Part shown: positions 26,118-38,854 of the stretch, piece after piece
Layout: each line of letters begins with the position of its first letter
Position numbering within the stretch: the first letter of the stretch is position 1
DNA from: Squalus acanthias
Taxonomy: Eukaryota
DNA length: 64,000 nt
Direction: 5' to 3'
Assembly (NCBI GenBank): GCA_030390025.1
Contig: CM059432.1
Span: 131,318,001 to 131,382,000, forward strand
Made by a program: the position numbers and the translations under genes
The notes under the pieces: generated by a model
The model's database searches: none
What the model was told of the DNA's origin: nothing
The model's input: the letters and a program-made list of their open reading frames with translations, nothing else

Positions 26118-26595
26118 AAGAATTAGGAGCAGGAGTAGGCCATACAGCCCCTCGAGCCTGCTCCACCATTCAATAAGATCATGGTTGAACTTCAATCTCA
26201 ACTCCACTTTCCCGCCTGATCCCCACATCCCTTGATTCCCCTAGAGTCCAAAAATCTATCCATCTCAGCCTTGAATATACTCAACGATTCAGCATCCAAA
26301 GCCTTTTGGGGTAGAGAATTCCAAAGGTTCACAACCCTCTGAGTGAAAAAATTCCTCCTCATCTCGGTCTTAAATGGCCGACCCCTTATCCTGAGACTAT
26401 GCCTCCTAATTCTAGACTCTCCAGCCAGGGGAAATAACCTCTCAGCATCTACCCTGTCAATCCCCCTCAGAATCTTATAGGTTTCAATGAGATCACCTCT
26501 CATTCTTCTAAATTCCAGAGAGTATAGGCCCATTCTACACAATCTCTCCTCAAAGGACAACCCTCTTATCCCAGGAATCAATTTAGTGAACTTGT
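26118..26595 (-). mobile_element. CR1 3' fragment nested in the Harbinger element
   Basis: ORF 26198..26581 with LYSLEFRRMRGDLIE and FFTQRVVNLWNSLP. Confidence 0.93.
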
Positions 26596-26649
26596 GGGAA
26601 TAGTGAGTTGGTTGTGTTGTAAAAATTTGCTAATGCGCTAACCTGAAAT

Positions 26650-28270
26650 ATGCAGACTCAAAGGCATAAAGCAGGCCCAAGATTCAGTGATGCCTCCTTG
26701 GAGATATTACTCCAAGGAGTCAGAGCCCGCAGGGTCATCCTCTTCCCTGCTGATGTGAGGAAGAGGCCAGCTGCCCAGACTAAGAACGCATGGCTGGAGA
26801 TTGCTGAAGAAGTGAGCAGCAGGAGTGTTGTTGGCAGGACCTGGATAGTGTCAAAAGCGCTTTTACAACCTCATGAGGTCAGGAAAGGCGAGTACAGTGC
26901 CATATTGCCCTACATCCTGATGTGCGTGTCACCCCAACCCCCTCGCTCTGCCTTCCCAAGCCTACTCCTGCACATCATTCCTCACACCAGGCTACCTTGC
27001 AGGTTCACTCATCTCTCACTGTCTTTGCACTTACTCACATCCCCATCTGACCATCCACCACTGACACTCACCCTCGTCTTAATGCAATGTTACGCCTCTC
27101 CCTCATAGTCACTCTCAACAGATGTTGCCCATCCATCCCTTCCACTCATTCCATCACTCTCACTCTAAGGTCTCTTGTTTCCCTCTTTGCAGGAGAAGAG
27201 AGCAGAGAATAACAGGGAGAGGCAGCGAACCGCTGGTGGCCCTACAGTCATGGCACCATTCACTTCATCAGAGGAGAAGGCGCTGGAGATCAGCGGAGTT
27301 GCGGAGCTGCAGGGGATGGGAGATGGAGAGCGGGGGAACTCCCAGCTACCCAGTGACAGAATTAAATATCATACAGCCACATGGCATACAACAGCCAGTG
27401 AAATATGATCATGCGCATAATGGTAACTTAAAACATTCTTATCATAACAGTTCTAATTCATGTCTTTACTCTCCCTCAGGCCCATCAAGTGCCCCCGCCA
27501 CCCCCATGTCCAGCCAAAGACGGAAGATGACTCCTCAGAGGTGGTCGCGGACTCTGAGGGTGTATCATTACACGACTCCATGCAGACCAAGCACCAGCGC
27601 AGATACACACACATCGGTGGGTCCACTAAGTCAGGAAGTAGTGTTGTCACCTGGTGTCTCACACATCACATGTGAGCAAGAGCAGATGAAGACAGGGACA
27701 GCAATGGAGAGTCCTCGTCGGAGGGCGCAGAACGCTCCAAGCAGTGCTCAGCTGGACAAAGATGCTGAACCTTGACAGGAGGCTCTGGCAGCTTTTCCAG
27801 CCCCGGTGTGCTCAATTGTAGGGAGAATGGAGGAGTCCATCTCCAGTACGTCCAGCATGATGTCGCAGGCCATGGCTAGGAAATGTTCGTCCATGGAAAG
27901 GGTAGCCACCTGCATGGAGCATCAAACACGGCATTCAAACAAGTGCTTGTTTGCTCCGAACAACAGCTTGCAGACTCTGAATGCAGCCATATCTAGGATG
28001 GATAGGAACCTAGACTTGGCCGTTCATCGTCCCACTGATGTGCAGCAAAGTGCTCTCCAGCTCCTTGCTAGCAGGGAAGTGCGGGTGGGCCACGAGAAGG
28101 ATGTTGGTGAGAGGGGACATGGAAGTGGGGACTATGCGCAAAGCGCTCCCACTTCTCCCCCCTTTCCCCCCCCCCCAACCCCCCTCAGAGTCCCACACGC
28201 TGCCTCGTGTCCTCACGGCCGGGTCTGCCCCTGCATAGTCGCAGGAGGAGCAGTCTTTGGCGGGGTCCTC
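26650..28270 (+). pseudogene. Harbinger Myb/SANT-like DNA-binding protein gene (spliced, frameshifted)
   Basis: PRFSDASLEILL..V......LF.....AWLEIAEEVS....RTW matches the Myb/SANT-like trihelix pattern. A second exon after ttgcAG at 27193 reads EKRAENNRERQRTAGG. The first donor is AAG|GCGAGT. Confidence 0.85.
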
Positions 28271-28276
28271 TCAGGG

Positions 28277-28655
28277 GTACGATGGCCTAGTGGTTATATT
28301 ACTGGACTAGTAATCCAGAGGTCTGGACTAATTATCCGGAGACATGAGTTCAAATTCCAACACTGCAGTTAATTCAATAAATCTGGAATAAAAAGCTAGT
28401 ATCAGTAATGGTGACCATGAAACTACCGGATTGTCGTAAAAACCCATCTGGTTCACCAATGTCCTTTAGGGAAGGAAATCTGCCGTCCTTACCTGGTCTG
28501 GCCTATATGTAACTCCAGAGCCACAGCAATGTGCTTGACTCGTAACTGCCCTCTGAAATGGCAGCTCACCACCATCTTCTCAAGGGCAATTCGGGATGGG
28601 CAATAAATGCCAGCCTTGCCAGCGACGCCCACATCCCATGAACGAATAAAAAGAA
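28277..28655 (+). mobile_element. tRNA-derived SINE nested in the Harbinger element
   Basis: A box TGGCCTAGTGG, B box GAGTTCAAATTC and A-rich end. The 3' tail CTTCTCAAGGGCAATT.GGGA.GGGCAATAAATG is shared with the LINE end at 62440-62497. Confidence 0.8.
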
Positions 28656-29081
28656 AGGCTCCAAAACCCAGAGGACGTCCGCCAAAAGTATCTAAACAGT
28701 CAGAGCAGGGAAGTGAGCAGCCTGCCTCTACCTCTCTGGGTTGCATGATGTCGGAGTTGTAGGAAGAGAAAGATTAAGCAATTGTATATGAACAAGGGTT
28801 TGCACATGTTACAAAATGTTAGATTGTTAAGTTTCTGTTTACTTTCTAAGCCACATAAAATTATTCCTTTGCACCACTTTCCTGCCTTGTCCATTTTTGC
28901 CTGCTGCCTGGCAAGTGGAGTGAATGATAAGACATTACTTAACCTCGAGCAATGGGTGTGTGCGATATGAACGGTTTGGTAATTTTAGGACTGCTTTGTG
29001 GTAGTGGGGGGGTGGGGGGAAGTTGGTTCAGCATTTGGGTGTCGTATGGGTGCATTGGAGCAAGTTAAGTAAATCGTGCCA

Positions 29082-30208
29082 TTATGAGTCCATCCCGGGC
29101 CTCCCAGGCAGCAATGTGCACCGCTGCTGGTGCCATGTCCACTTCAGGTTCCTCTTCTTCCTCCTCCTCGTGTTCCCCCTGCTCCTCCTCTGAAGAAGCT
29201 CTGCACTCTGCACCTTGCTCATCCTGCAGCTCCAATCCTCGCTGCTATGTTGTGCAGAGCGCAGCAGACCACGATCATTCTGGAGACCCTGGCTGGTGCG
29301 TATTGAAGGGCTCCTCCAGATCTGTCCAGGCATCTGAAGCGCATCTTCAGCATCCCGAATGCGTGCTCTATTACACATCTCCTCGACATTTGGCTTTGAT
29401 TGTAGCGCTCTTCGGCCTCATTGCTTGGCCTCCTCAAGGGTGTCATCAGCCACGTCTTCAGTGGATAGCCCTTGTCTCCAAGCAGCCCGCCGATGTCTGG
29501 ACGGAGATGCAAAGAGCTGAGGGAGGGTGGACTGGCGCAGGATGAATGAATCATGACAGCTCCCTCTGACACACACATGCATAATCATCTTTTTATGGTT
29601 GCAGACAAGCTGCACATTGAGGGAGTGGAAGCCCTTACGGTTCACAAACACTCCTGGGTGATGATGGGGTGCCCTGATGGCCACATGTGTGCAGTCGATG
29701 ACGCCCTGCACCTGTGGGAAGCCAGCCAGAGCCGGAAAGCCGAGTGCCCGCTCAGTCTGACTGGCTTCATCAATCATTACCTGGGTGATACATTTGTGGG
29801 CAGCTGACTGCGAGATCCTGTAAATGTCTCCTGCAGATCCCGGGAAGGAGCCTGAGGCGAAGAAGTTGAGGGTGGTGGTGACTTTGACAGCCACTGGTGA
29901 CGCATGTCCAGCAGGTCCACTTGGCAACAGGTTTTCTTCCAGCAGGCTACAAATGTCTGCCATGACCTGACGCGATAGCCTGAGCCTCCTGAGGCGCTGG
30001 TATTCAGTCATGTCCAGGATGCTGATCCTCTGCCTGTATACCCTGTGTTGGGGTATTGCCTCCTGCGAGGTGCAGCCCTGTGCTCATCCCCTCTCCCCTG
30101 TGGACCAGCAGGTTGGTGAGGAGAAGGCTGCTGCTGCTGGTGTGGCTGCTGCTGCTCATCTTGGTCCTCATCTGAGATCCAAGATGAAACAGTATAAGCG
30201 GCACCCAT
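29082..30208 (-). pseudogene. Harbinger transposase (HARBI1-like DDE nuclease), frameshifted
   Basis: [67 protein letters not shown] and CCALHNIA motifs. Confidence 0.93.
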
Positions 30209-30259
30209 TCTGATCTGATATACGTCAGAGGTAAAATGGAGATCAGAGGCATAATCCTC

Positions 30260-30997
30260 TAATGTTGGTGTTCAGAGGGACCTGGGTGTCCTTGTACACG
30301 AATCACTGAAAGTTAACATGCAGGTACAGCAAGCAATTAGGAAAGCAAATGGTATGTTGGCCTTTATTACAAGAGGATTTGAGTATAAGAGTAAAGACGT
30401 CTTACTGCAATTATATAGAGCCCTGGTGAGACCACACCTGGAGTATTGTGTACAGATTTGGTCTCCTTACCTAAGGAAGGATATACTTGCCATAGAGGGA
30501 GTGCAACGAAGGTTCACCAAACTGATTCCTGGGATGGGGGGATTGTCCGATGAGGAGAGATTGAGTAGACTAGACCTATATTCTCTCGAGTTTAGAAGAA
30601 TGAGAGGTGATCTCATTGAAACATACAAAATTCTTACAGGGCTTGACAGGGTAGATGCAGGGAGGATGTTTCCCCTGGCTGGGGAGTCTAGAACCAGGAG
30701 TCACAGTCTCAGAATAAGGGGTCGGCCATTTAGGACTGAGATGAGGAGAAATTTCTTCACTCAAAGGGTGGTGTATCTTTGGAATTCTCTACCCCAGAGG
30801 GCTGTGGAGGCTCAGTTGTTCAGTATATTCAAGACTGAGATCGATAGATTTTTGGATATTAAGGGAATCAAGGGATATGGGGATAGTGAAGGAAAGTGGA
30901 GATGTGGAAGAAGATCAGCCATGATCTTACTGAATGGTGGAGCAGGCTCGAGGGGCCGAATGGCCTACTCCTGCTCCTATTTCTTATGTTCTTATGT
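30260..30997 (+). mobile_element. CR1 3' fragment nested in the Harbinger element, upstream of the transposase
   Basis: ORF 30318..31121 with CR1 motifs and a TTCTTATGTTCTTATG tail. Confidence 0.95.
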
Positions 30998-31771
30998 AGT
31001 GAGAGTGACTTCCAAAGTCGTAGAAATCACCTGCAAACTCCTGAAAGCAAACTCACAGCACAAGTGGTGTCAGCAAGAGCCTTTCCAAGGAAGCAGGTGT
31101 GAGGTGTGTGTATTTATGTGATTTTTTTTAACTGTCATTTGTTCAGCTCCCACAACTGCCGCTGTGCTCTTGCCTTACTTTCACTGGCAAGGTTCAGCAA
31201 GCCCAGGATACCATGGACAGCCAGTAAAAGCTGCAACATTAGGTAAAAAAGGCTGTTACTAGCCTCTTAACGATCCATAAATTGCTTTAATTAGGTCACC
31301 CGCCTCTCCCGAGGGGGTCTCTTCGCGTGCTGACTAACGCGCCTGAGTTAAAGGCGGAAGCCGACGGGTTGAAGCCGTCTTCGCGACGCGCTGTCAATTT
31401 CAGCTCTTTTAACTGCCCACCTGCTCGCAAACCTGCACAGTCTTCAAAGTAAAAATTCAGCCCATTGTTTCTAGCTGTGCAAAGGCTGTATTGGGGCGGG
31501 GGGAAAAAACCAGTAGATAGCAAAATAGATTAGGAGACAGAAAGTGGAGTCTGTGAGCAAGAGACAGAGAGGTGCAGCACATGAATCACCTGTTGTATGG
31601 ACAGTGATGAGGAGGGTTACTTTTTTTGGCAATCCAACCACCTTCCCCAGAGAACGGCAGGAGATGATGGTCAGAGAAAACTCTTCGTACTGGAACTGTG
31701 AATAGATGCAGAAGACGACAGCGGGCCTTAAGAAAACAGCTGAGATATTGCAGCTGGCCCAAGTATGCATG

Positions 31772-32410
31772 TCACTGTCGGCCTGTTACACACTCGCCGT
31801 CGGCCTGTTACACACTCACTGTCGGCCTGTTACACACTCACCGTCGGCCTGTTACACACTCACTGTTGGCCTGTTACACACTCACCATCCGCCTGTTACA
31901 CACTCACTGTCGGCCTGTTACACACTCACCGTCGGCCTGTTACACACTCACCATCGGCCTGTTACACACTCACCGTCCGCCTGTTACACACTCACCGTCG
32001 GCCTGTTACACATTCACCGTCGGCCTGTTACACATTCACTGTCGGCCTGTTACACACTCACCGTCGGCCTGTTACACACTCACCGTCGGCCTGTTACACA
32101 CTCACTGTTGGCCTGTTACACACTCACTGTTGGCCTGTTACACACTCACCGTCGGCCTGTTACACATTCACCGTCGGCCTGTTACACACTCACTGTTGGC
32201 CTGTTACACACTCACTGTTGGCCTGTTACACACTCACCGTCGGCCTGTTACACATTCATCGTCGGCCTGTTACACACTCACTGTCGGCCTGTTACACACT
32301 CACTGTTGGCCTGTTACACATTCATCGTCGGCCTGTTACACATTCATCGTCGGCCTGTTACACATTCACCGTCGGCCTGTTCCACATTCACTGTCAGCCT
32401 GCTACACATT
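31772..32410. repeat. 22-bp minisatellite, about 29 copies (CACACTCACCGTCGGCCTGTTA)
   Basis: Direct tandem repeats; most variants are C>T transitions. Confidence 0.97.
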
Positions 32411-33096
32411 TTGTAGGCAAGCACAGCAAGCTCTCACTTGGGATTTTTTTTTGTGGTGTTGATTGAGGGATAAATGTTGGCCAAGACCCAGAACTCCCGT
32501 GCTCTTCTTCAAATAGTGCTATGGGAGCTTTTACAAACAGACACAGCCTCGGTTTAACATCTCATCTGAAAGACAACACCCCCAACAATGCAGCACTCCC
32601 TCAGTACTGCACTGAATTATCAGCCTAGATTATGTGCTCAAGTCCCTGGAGTGGTGTTTGAACCTATGACTATCTGACTCATCAACTCATAGGTAAGAAT
32701 GCTACCTTACATTTGCTTATACATGAAACATGCCTATATTCAAGAGGAGCACATATTTAAGCTGCATCTTGCAATTGAAAGCTTTGGCACACTAACAGCT
32801 TGTAAGGTGCTTCACACATCAAATCATTGTGACACAGCCTTGCTGCATGATAATCTTTCATAACCTCGGGACATTCCAAAGTGCTTACTTTTGAAATGTA
32901 TTCTCTGTTGTAAAGTAGAAAATGTGGCAACCAATTTGCACACATCAAAGTCCCATAAACAGTATGAGATAATTGGCCAGATAATCATTTTTGGTAACAT
33001 TGGTTGAGGGATAAACGTTGGCCGGAACACTTGAACTCCCCTGCTCTTCTGTGAATAGTGTCATAGGATCTTTTACGTTCACCTAAGAGGGCAGAT

Positions 33097-33915
33097 CATA
33101 AGAACATAAGAAATAGGAGCAGGAGTAGGTCATTTGGCCCCTCGAGCCTGCTCCGCCATTCAATAAGATCATGGCTGATCTTCTACCTTAACTCCACTTT
33201 CCTGCACTATCCCCATATCCTTTGATTCCCTTAATATCAAAAATCTATCGATCTCTGCCTTGAATATACTCAACGACTGAGCCTCCACAGCCCTCTGGGG
33301 TAGAGAATTCCAAAGATTCACCACCCTCTGAGTAAAGAAATTTCTCCTCATCTCAGTCCTAAATGGCCAACCCCCTTATTCTGAGATTGTGACCCCTGGT
33401 TCTAGACTCCCCAGCCAGGGGAAACATCCTCCCTGCATCTACCCTGTCAAGCCCTGTAAGAATTTTGTATGTTTCAATGAGATCACCTCTCATTCTTCTA
33501 AACTCTAGAGAATATAGGCCTAGTCTACTCAATCTCTCCTCATAGGACAATCCCCCTATCCCAGGAATCAGTCTGGTGAACCCTCGTTGCACTCACTCTA
33601 TGGCAAGTATATCCTTCCTTAGGTAAGGAAACCAAAACTGTACACAATACTCCAGGTGTGGTCTCACCAGGGCCCTATATAATTGCAGTAAGATGTCTTT
33701 ACTCTTATACTCAAATCCTCTTGTAATAAAGGCCAACATACCACTTGCTTTCCTAATTGCTTGCTGTACCTGCATGTTAACTTTCAGTGATTCATGTACA
33801 AGGACACCCAGGTCCCTCTGAACACCAACATTTCCCAATCTCTCAACATTTAAAAAATACTCTGCTTTTCTATTTTTCCTCCCAAAATACTCCGCTTTTC
33901 TATTTTTCCTACCAA
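33097..33915 (-). mobile_element. CR1 3' fragment
   Basis: ORFs at 33169-33838 carry CR1 motifs; (CATAAGAA)2 tail. Confidence 0.95.
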
Positions 33916-34379
33916 GATCGGCCGTCGGATTAACGTCTCATCTGAAAGACGGCATCTTCGCCAGTGCAGCACTCCCTCAGTAGTGCACTGGAGTGTCAAC
34001 CTAGATAATGTATCATGATTTCTGCCGTTGCAGCCTGGAAGCCAAAAAGAGCAACATGCCAGTAGTACCAGTGGCCCTGCCAGCACCTCCCTGCACTTTA
34101 CACCCCTCTCACTAATGTTTACAAGGAGTAACACAGCTGATGCACTTAGTCAGCTGGAAGAGGTAGTGCACAGGTGAGGAGGAGCAAGTAGTGTAGCCAG
34201 AAGAGGACTAGGGGACTGATGGCCAGATGGTCACATGCTGTCTTTTATGACACTCCCCTGCCAACACCCTTTTGGAAATGAAGTAGTGCCGTGAAATTGG
34301 ACCGCCACTAGATCACATAGGCACTCATCACCTTGAGTCAGTGAATCTCTCTCACGGACATTGATTCAGTTTGATTACT

Positions 34380-35340
34380 TGGTTAGGCCAACTCTTCCAA
34401 ACCACTTTCTATGATTTCTAAAGCTGCCATTGAGCTCATCACTAGAATTATGTACCAGCTCCAGTTTGGACCTTCCATGGATTGCCACGTTATAATGGCT
34501 GTTCATATTAGCATGGGGAGTGGTACAACCACCAAGCTCTGCAAACATGTGCTCAATGCCTTGGTACACGACTTTTGTATACACAGCTGCAGTGCAAATA
34601 ATATACATTGTCCCATTAAATTAAACTAGTCAACTGTACTCCTACAGCCAATAAGTTTGCAGCCAACAAATCGTATGAGACTACCGCTCAGACGAGACTA
34701 CCGTTTGTCTGCACCTTATTTTGCCTGTTTGGCGTACTGCCAGGGACTCTGTAGCCACTTTCAGCTAAGAATGCAGGCTTTTACGGCAAATGTGTGGTTT
34801 TCCTTCTGTCAACTCCACTCCTTCGGGTAAATGACTCAATGTTTGGGGCACCAATGGCATTATGGATCCCAAACAGGTGGATCTTCAGATGCACCATTGG
34901 TTCAAACACTTCTCATCGCATCAGGCACACCTGCAGTTCAATGTATCTACGCTCCTCTATTGTCAGTGGGAATGAAAATGCAGCTTTAAGCAGGAAAGCC
35001 TAGCTCCTCCTCACGAGGAAAGTTGAGGCCTCTCCTGCACCGGGCTCCTCCCACCACCGCCCCCCCACCCCACTTCCCAATCACGAGGCCTTCCTGAAAA
35101 CCTCTCCCCGAGTGCTGGGGACCATTCCTTTGGTCCCCGGCTGCGGCCTCCCGACATTCTGCTCCTGCCCACCAGCCAGGTGCTGCTTCCCACCAGCTTC
35201 AAGCAAGCAACTGAGAGGGGGTATGCAGATCAGGTCCCGGAGTTAAAGTCGTACAGGCCTCACACTGCCGAGGTCAGGATGGTTTGCCGCCCGCCTTGGC
35301 TCCCGCCTACCCAATTTCCACCCAGAGTTAAAATTGGGGC
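34380..35340 (-). mobile_element. Possible highly decayed Harbinger transposase remnant
   Basis: Minus-strand translations FSFPLTIEERR, FGIHNAIGA, IEHMFAEL and YNVAI echo HARBI1 motifs. TIR-like GTTAAAATTGGGGC at 35327-35340. Confidence 0.35.
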
Positions 35341-35998
35341 TTTACATTTGCATGCTCTTGTGTCAATTCCTCCCCCCCACCCCCACATTTATTATAGAGG
35401 CCACATTTATTATAGAGGCTGCCTATGTGAACTTGTCACGCTAAAGTAACACCCTCCCATTAGTGGAAGCACTGCAGCATCACCACTGGCAGGAAGCTGT
35501 AATTACAGCATGACAACTTTGCACAGGCACTTACCATTAAAGATGTGGACACAGGAATTCATTACATAGGAAATAATAATAGGGTGGTGGAAGCAGATTC
35601 AATAGTAGCCTTCAAAAGGGAATTGGATAAATACTTGAAGGAGAAAAAAGGGCAGGGCTATGGGGAAAGAGCGGGGAGTGGAACTAACTGGATTGCTCTT
35701 CGAAAGAGCCGGCGCAGACTCGATGGGCCGAATGGCCTTCTTCTGTGCTGTACTGTTCGATGATAATTGACAAAAATAAAGACAAAACATATGACTTTAA
35801 ACCCGGGACTGAATTATGACTGCATGCCCTGGTCCAATTAGCTCCCACCCTCTTACCCCACTTCACCTGAAGGTTATATACGGTATTGACTAGCAATAAA
35901 TAAATGTAGATAAGCCAAACTTCTTCTTTATCGTTATTAAGTTCTCAAGCACGTTAGCAAATCTGCTCTTAGCACGTAGTCGCTGAGTGAGAACGTAC

Positions 35999-36280
35999 CT
36001 TTTCCTGCTGCTCTGCGGCGAGTTTATGAAACTCCTTCTTCCACCTCCTGGCATCCAGCTCTGCCGATTTCTTTTTCTTAATCTCCTCCTCTGCAACCTC
36101 TTGAAGCCGGTGGTTCTCGTTTCTCACCGCAGCAATTTCATGCTTTAGGTTTTGTGTGTCGATGTGCTCCCTTTCAGATTGCACACGAAGGATTTCAATC
36201 TCATCAACCAGTTTGCCATAGTTTTGGTTAATCTTCTCCCTCTCTGCAATTCTGGCTTCTTCTTGGCTGTTATACTCATC
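35999..36280 (-). CDS. Host gene exon D (DEYNSQEEARIAERE...KLAAEQQEK); resembles the C-terminal coiled coil of CCDC110
   Basis: Acceptor ttccttctcttcttgcaAG and donor AAG|GTACGT. 282 nt, phase 0-0. The CCDC110 resemblance is from memory of the mammalian protein and is unverified. Confidence 0.88.
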
Positions 36281-38854
36281 CTTGCAAGAAGAGAAGGAAA
36301 TTATTTTTCGTTCATACATTTTTTTTGTGAAACATTTATTTATTAAAAGATGCTTTGAGAATCTAAACCGAGTTAAGGTTGAAAGATTGTCTACAACGGG
36401 TTCCTGCGATGGAGGTATCTAACAGAAGCCACATTTCACAGGCAACAAATAAGTAAAACACAGGTTAACATTGTTTAATTAATATTTCTAATTCCTTAGA
36501 TTAATGATACTTTCATTTTACAATAATATTTAAGCTTTTACTTAAATTTATTGAGGCTGTCATCACACACCAAGGGAGCAAACTGTGTAACTCTGCACCT
36601 CCTACATGTTACTGAAACTTTGCTACACTTTATTGTAAGGAGATACAGTTCAGTTGTACTCCGATGGGGTGTTTCTGAATTGACCACAGGGGCTGTCCTC
36701 TTCCATTCAATGAGTAGGAGATAAATTCATGGAACAGCTAAATGCTATGCTAACAAACATTATTTCCTTTGAGGTCCTCAAATTTAAATAAACTGTATAA
36801 TGTGAGGTGCAAGATTAGACATATTCTGCAGTTGTCTTTTTTGAGGTGGGAGGGGGAGGAAGAGGGGAAACAAGAAGAGAATCTTCAGATTCTTTCTTCA
36901 GGAGCTGAAATGGATTGAACACATTGTACATGGTCTGTGGAATGAATGAGTTTGATTGAGTGGATGACCTTTCTCGTCCGACAACAACAACCAATTGCAT
37001 ATGTGCCTTTAACATAGTAAAACGACCCAAGGCGATTTGCAGGAGCAATTATCAAACAAAATTTGACACCGAGCCACAAAGAGATATTAGGAGAGGTGAT
37101 CAAAAGCTTGGTCAAAGAGATAGGTTTTAAGGAGCGTCTTAAAGGAGGAAAGAGAGGTAGAGAGGCGAAGAGGTTTAGGCAGGGAATTCCAGAGCTTAGC
37201 GCCTAGGCAGCTGAAGGCACGGCCACCAATGGTGGAGCGATTAAAATCGGCGTTGCGCAAGAGGCCAGAGTCAGAGGAAAACAGAGATCTCAAAGGCTTG
37301 TAAAGGCTGGTGGAGGTTACAGAGATAGGTAGGCCTGAGGTCATGAGGGATTTGAAAACAAGGATGAGAATTTTAAAATTTAGGCATTCCTGGGCCGGGA
37401 GCCAATGTAGGTCAGCGAGCACAAGGGTGATGGGTAAATGGGATTTGGTGCAAGTTAGGATACGGGCAGCCGCGTTTTGGACAAGCTCCAGTTTATAGAG
37501 GGTGCAAGGTGAGAGGCCAGCCAGGAGTGCATTGGAATAGTCAAGTCTAGAGGTAACAAAGGCATGGATGAGGGTTTCAGCAGCGGATGAGCTGAGGCAG
37601 GGGCGAAGACGGGCGATGTTACGGAGGTGGAAGTAGGCGGTCTTGGTGATGGGAGAGGATATGGGGTTGGAAGCTCATTTTAGGGTCAAATAGGACACTA
37701 AGGGGGTTCAGCCTCAGATAGTGGCTAGGGCTCTATGTTCACTTATATACTTAAAACAATCATACTTTACAGTTTTGTAAGAGCTGACTGTTTGAACATT
37801 GGCTCCACATTGCAGCTGTCACGGTAGTGACGCATGTTGGAAAAGTAGCACGTTATGCCATGCTAGTGGCAAGAAACAGTTCTGATTCCCCCATGCCATG
37901 AGTTCTCCTACCTACTGGCAGCTGGTTGAGAGCAACTTTGGCTGAGTAAGGTCTGGTAGCCGATTACTTGGTTATCTTCTCATCAGTGGGTGCAAGGCAA
38001 AAAAAGGGGGTAAGGGGGGTCTGCAACTGTGAGACTGCAGGCTGATCTCACCTCATCAATATTTCAAGGCATGATGTGATGGGAGAACACTGAAGTCACA
38101 ATAGTGGGTTATCGGCTGCAGTTAAAAGCCGCCCTTAAAGACATGCCAGCATTTTGGGCCTCACAATGGCCTCCACAAGAAATGCTTGACGCGATGATCA
38201 GGCTTTGGAGGCTATAGGGCAAGAGGTCCTGTAATGAGGGATGGTCCTACACGGAGGAGAGGGCCATTGTTACACATTAGGGTCTACCTTAGATACTTTC
38301 TTGGGTTTAGTAGCGTCAGTTGTCCCCATAAGCGAAGGACATGTCCCTCATGTTCCAGAGCTTTTTTAAAATTTGTTTATGGGCTGTGGGCTTCGCTGGC
38401 AAGACCAACATTTATTGCCTATCCCTAATTACCCTCGAGAAGGTGACTCACATTGTCCAATATCTATTTGTATGATACTATAATCCAGGGGATGTAACAA
38501 TGTGTCCACCTTGACATAGAAACTGGATAGCGTGTCTTTCGCACGAGCCCTCACAGTGCTTCTCCATTCTTTTAGTAGGCAGCCGGTTTACATTTTAGCG
38601 AGATAAGGCCAGGACAAAACATTAAACGGTTTTATTTCAAAGATAGTAAGTTAACATAGTAAGCCATAGTTATGAATGGATTCACTTAATTCAAATCATG
38701 TAAGAATACAAAATAATAAAAACGCTACACTCCCCCACATGAATGGGTCATCTTACTTGACTTAAAACAAAATTTCTTCTGATTACCCTCTGGCATCCTA
38801 ACCTTATGAGTCTGGGTGACAGCCTGCACTAGCAACTTTCGGCTTAAAAACCAT

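Larger units (their letters stand above)
25862..31463. mobile_element. Full-length but decayed PIF/Harbinger DNA transposon (Myb/SANT gene and DDE transposase, convergent)
   Basis: 14-bp perfect TIR GGGCTGAATTTTTA / TAAAAATTCAGCCC, 3-bp TSD ATT on both sides, and both Harbinger genes inside. Confidence 0.93.

Noticed and set aside
29082..30208. Domesticated HARBI1 host gene
   Set aside because: It is frameshifted, internally deleted and enclosed by TIRs and a TSD with a Myb partner, so it is a transposon copy.
31772..32410. CRISPR-like array
   Set aside because: Units are directly adjacent with no unique spacers, there are no cas genes, and the context is eukaryotic. It is a minisatellite.
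35383..35419. Short tandem duplications (also 2309-2360, 12151-12170, 33855-33913 and 34677-34703)
   Set aside because: These are ordinary slippage or insertion-junction duplications with no further structure.
38493..38821. Second solo LTR (TGTAAC...GTGACA)
   Set aside because: There is no convincing TSD and the terminal repeat is weak.
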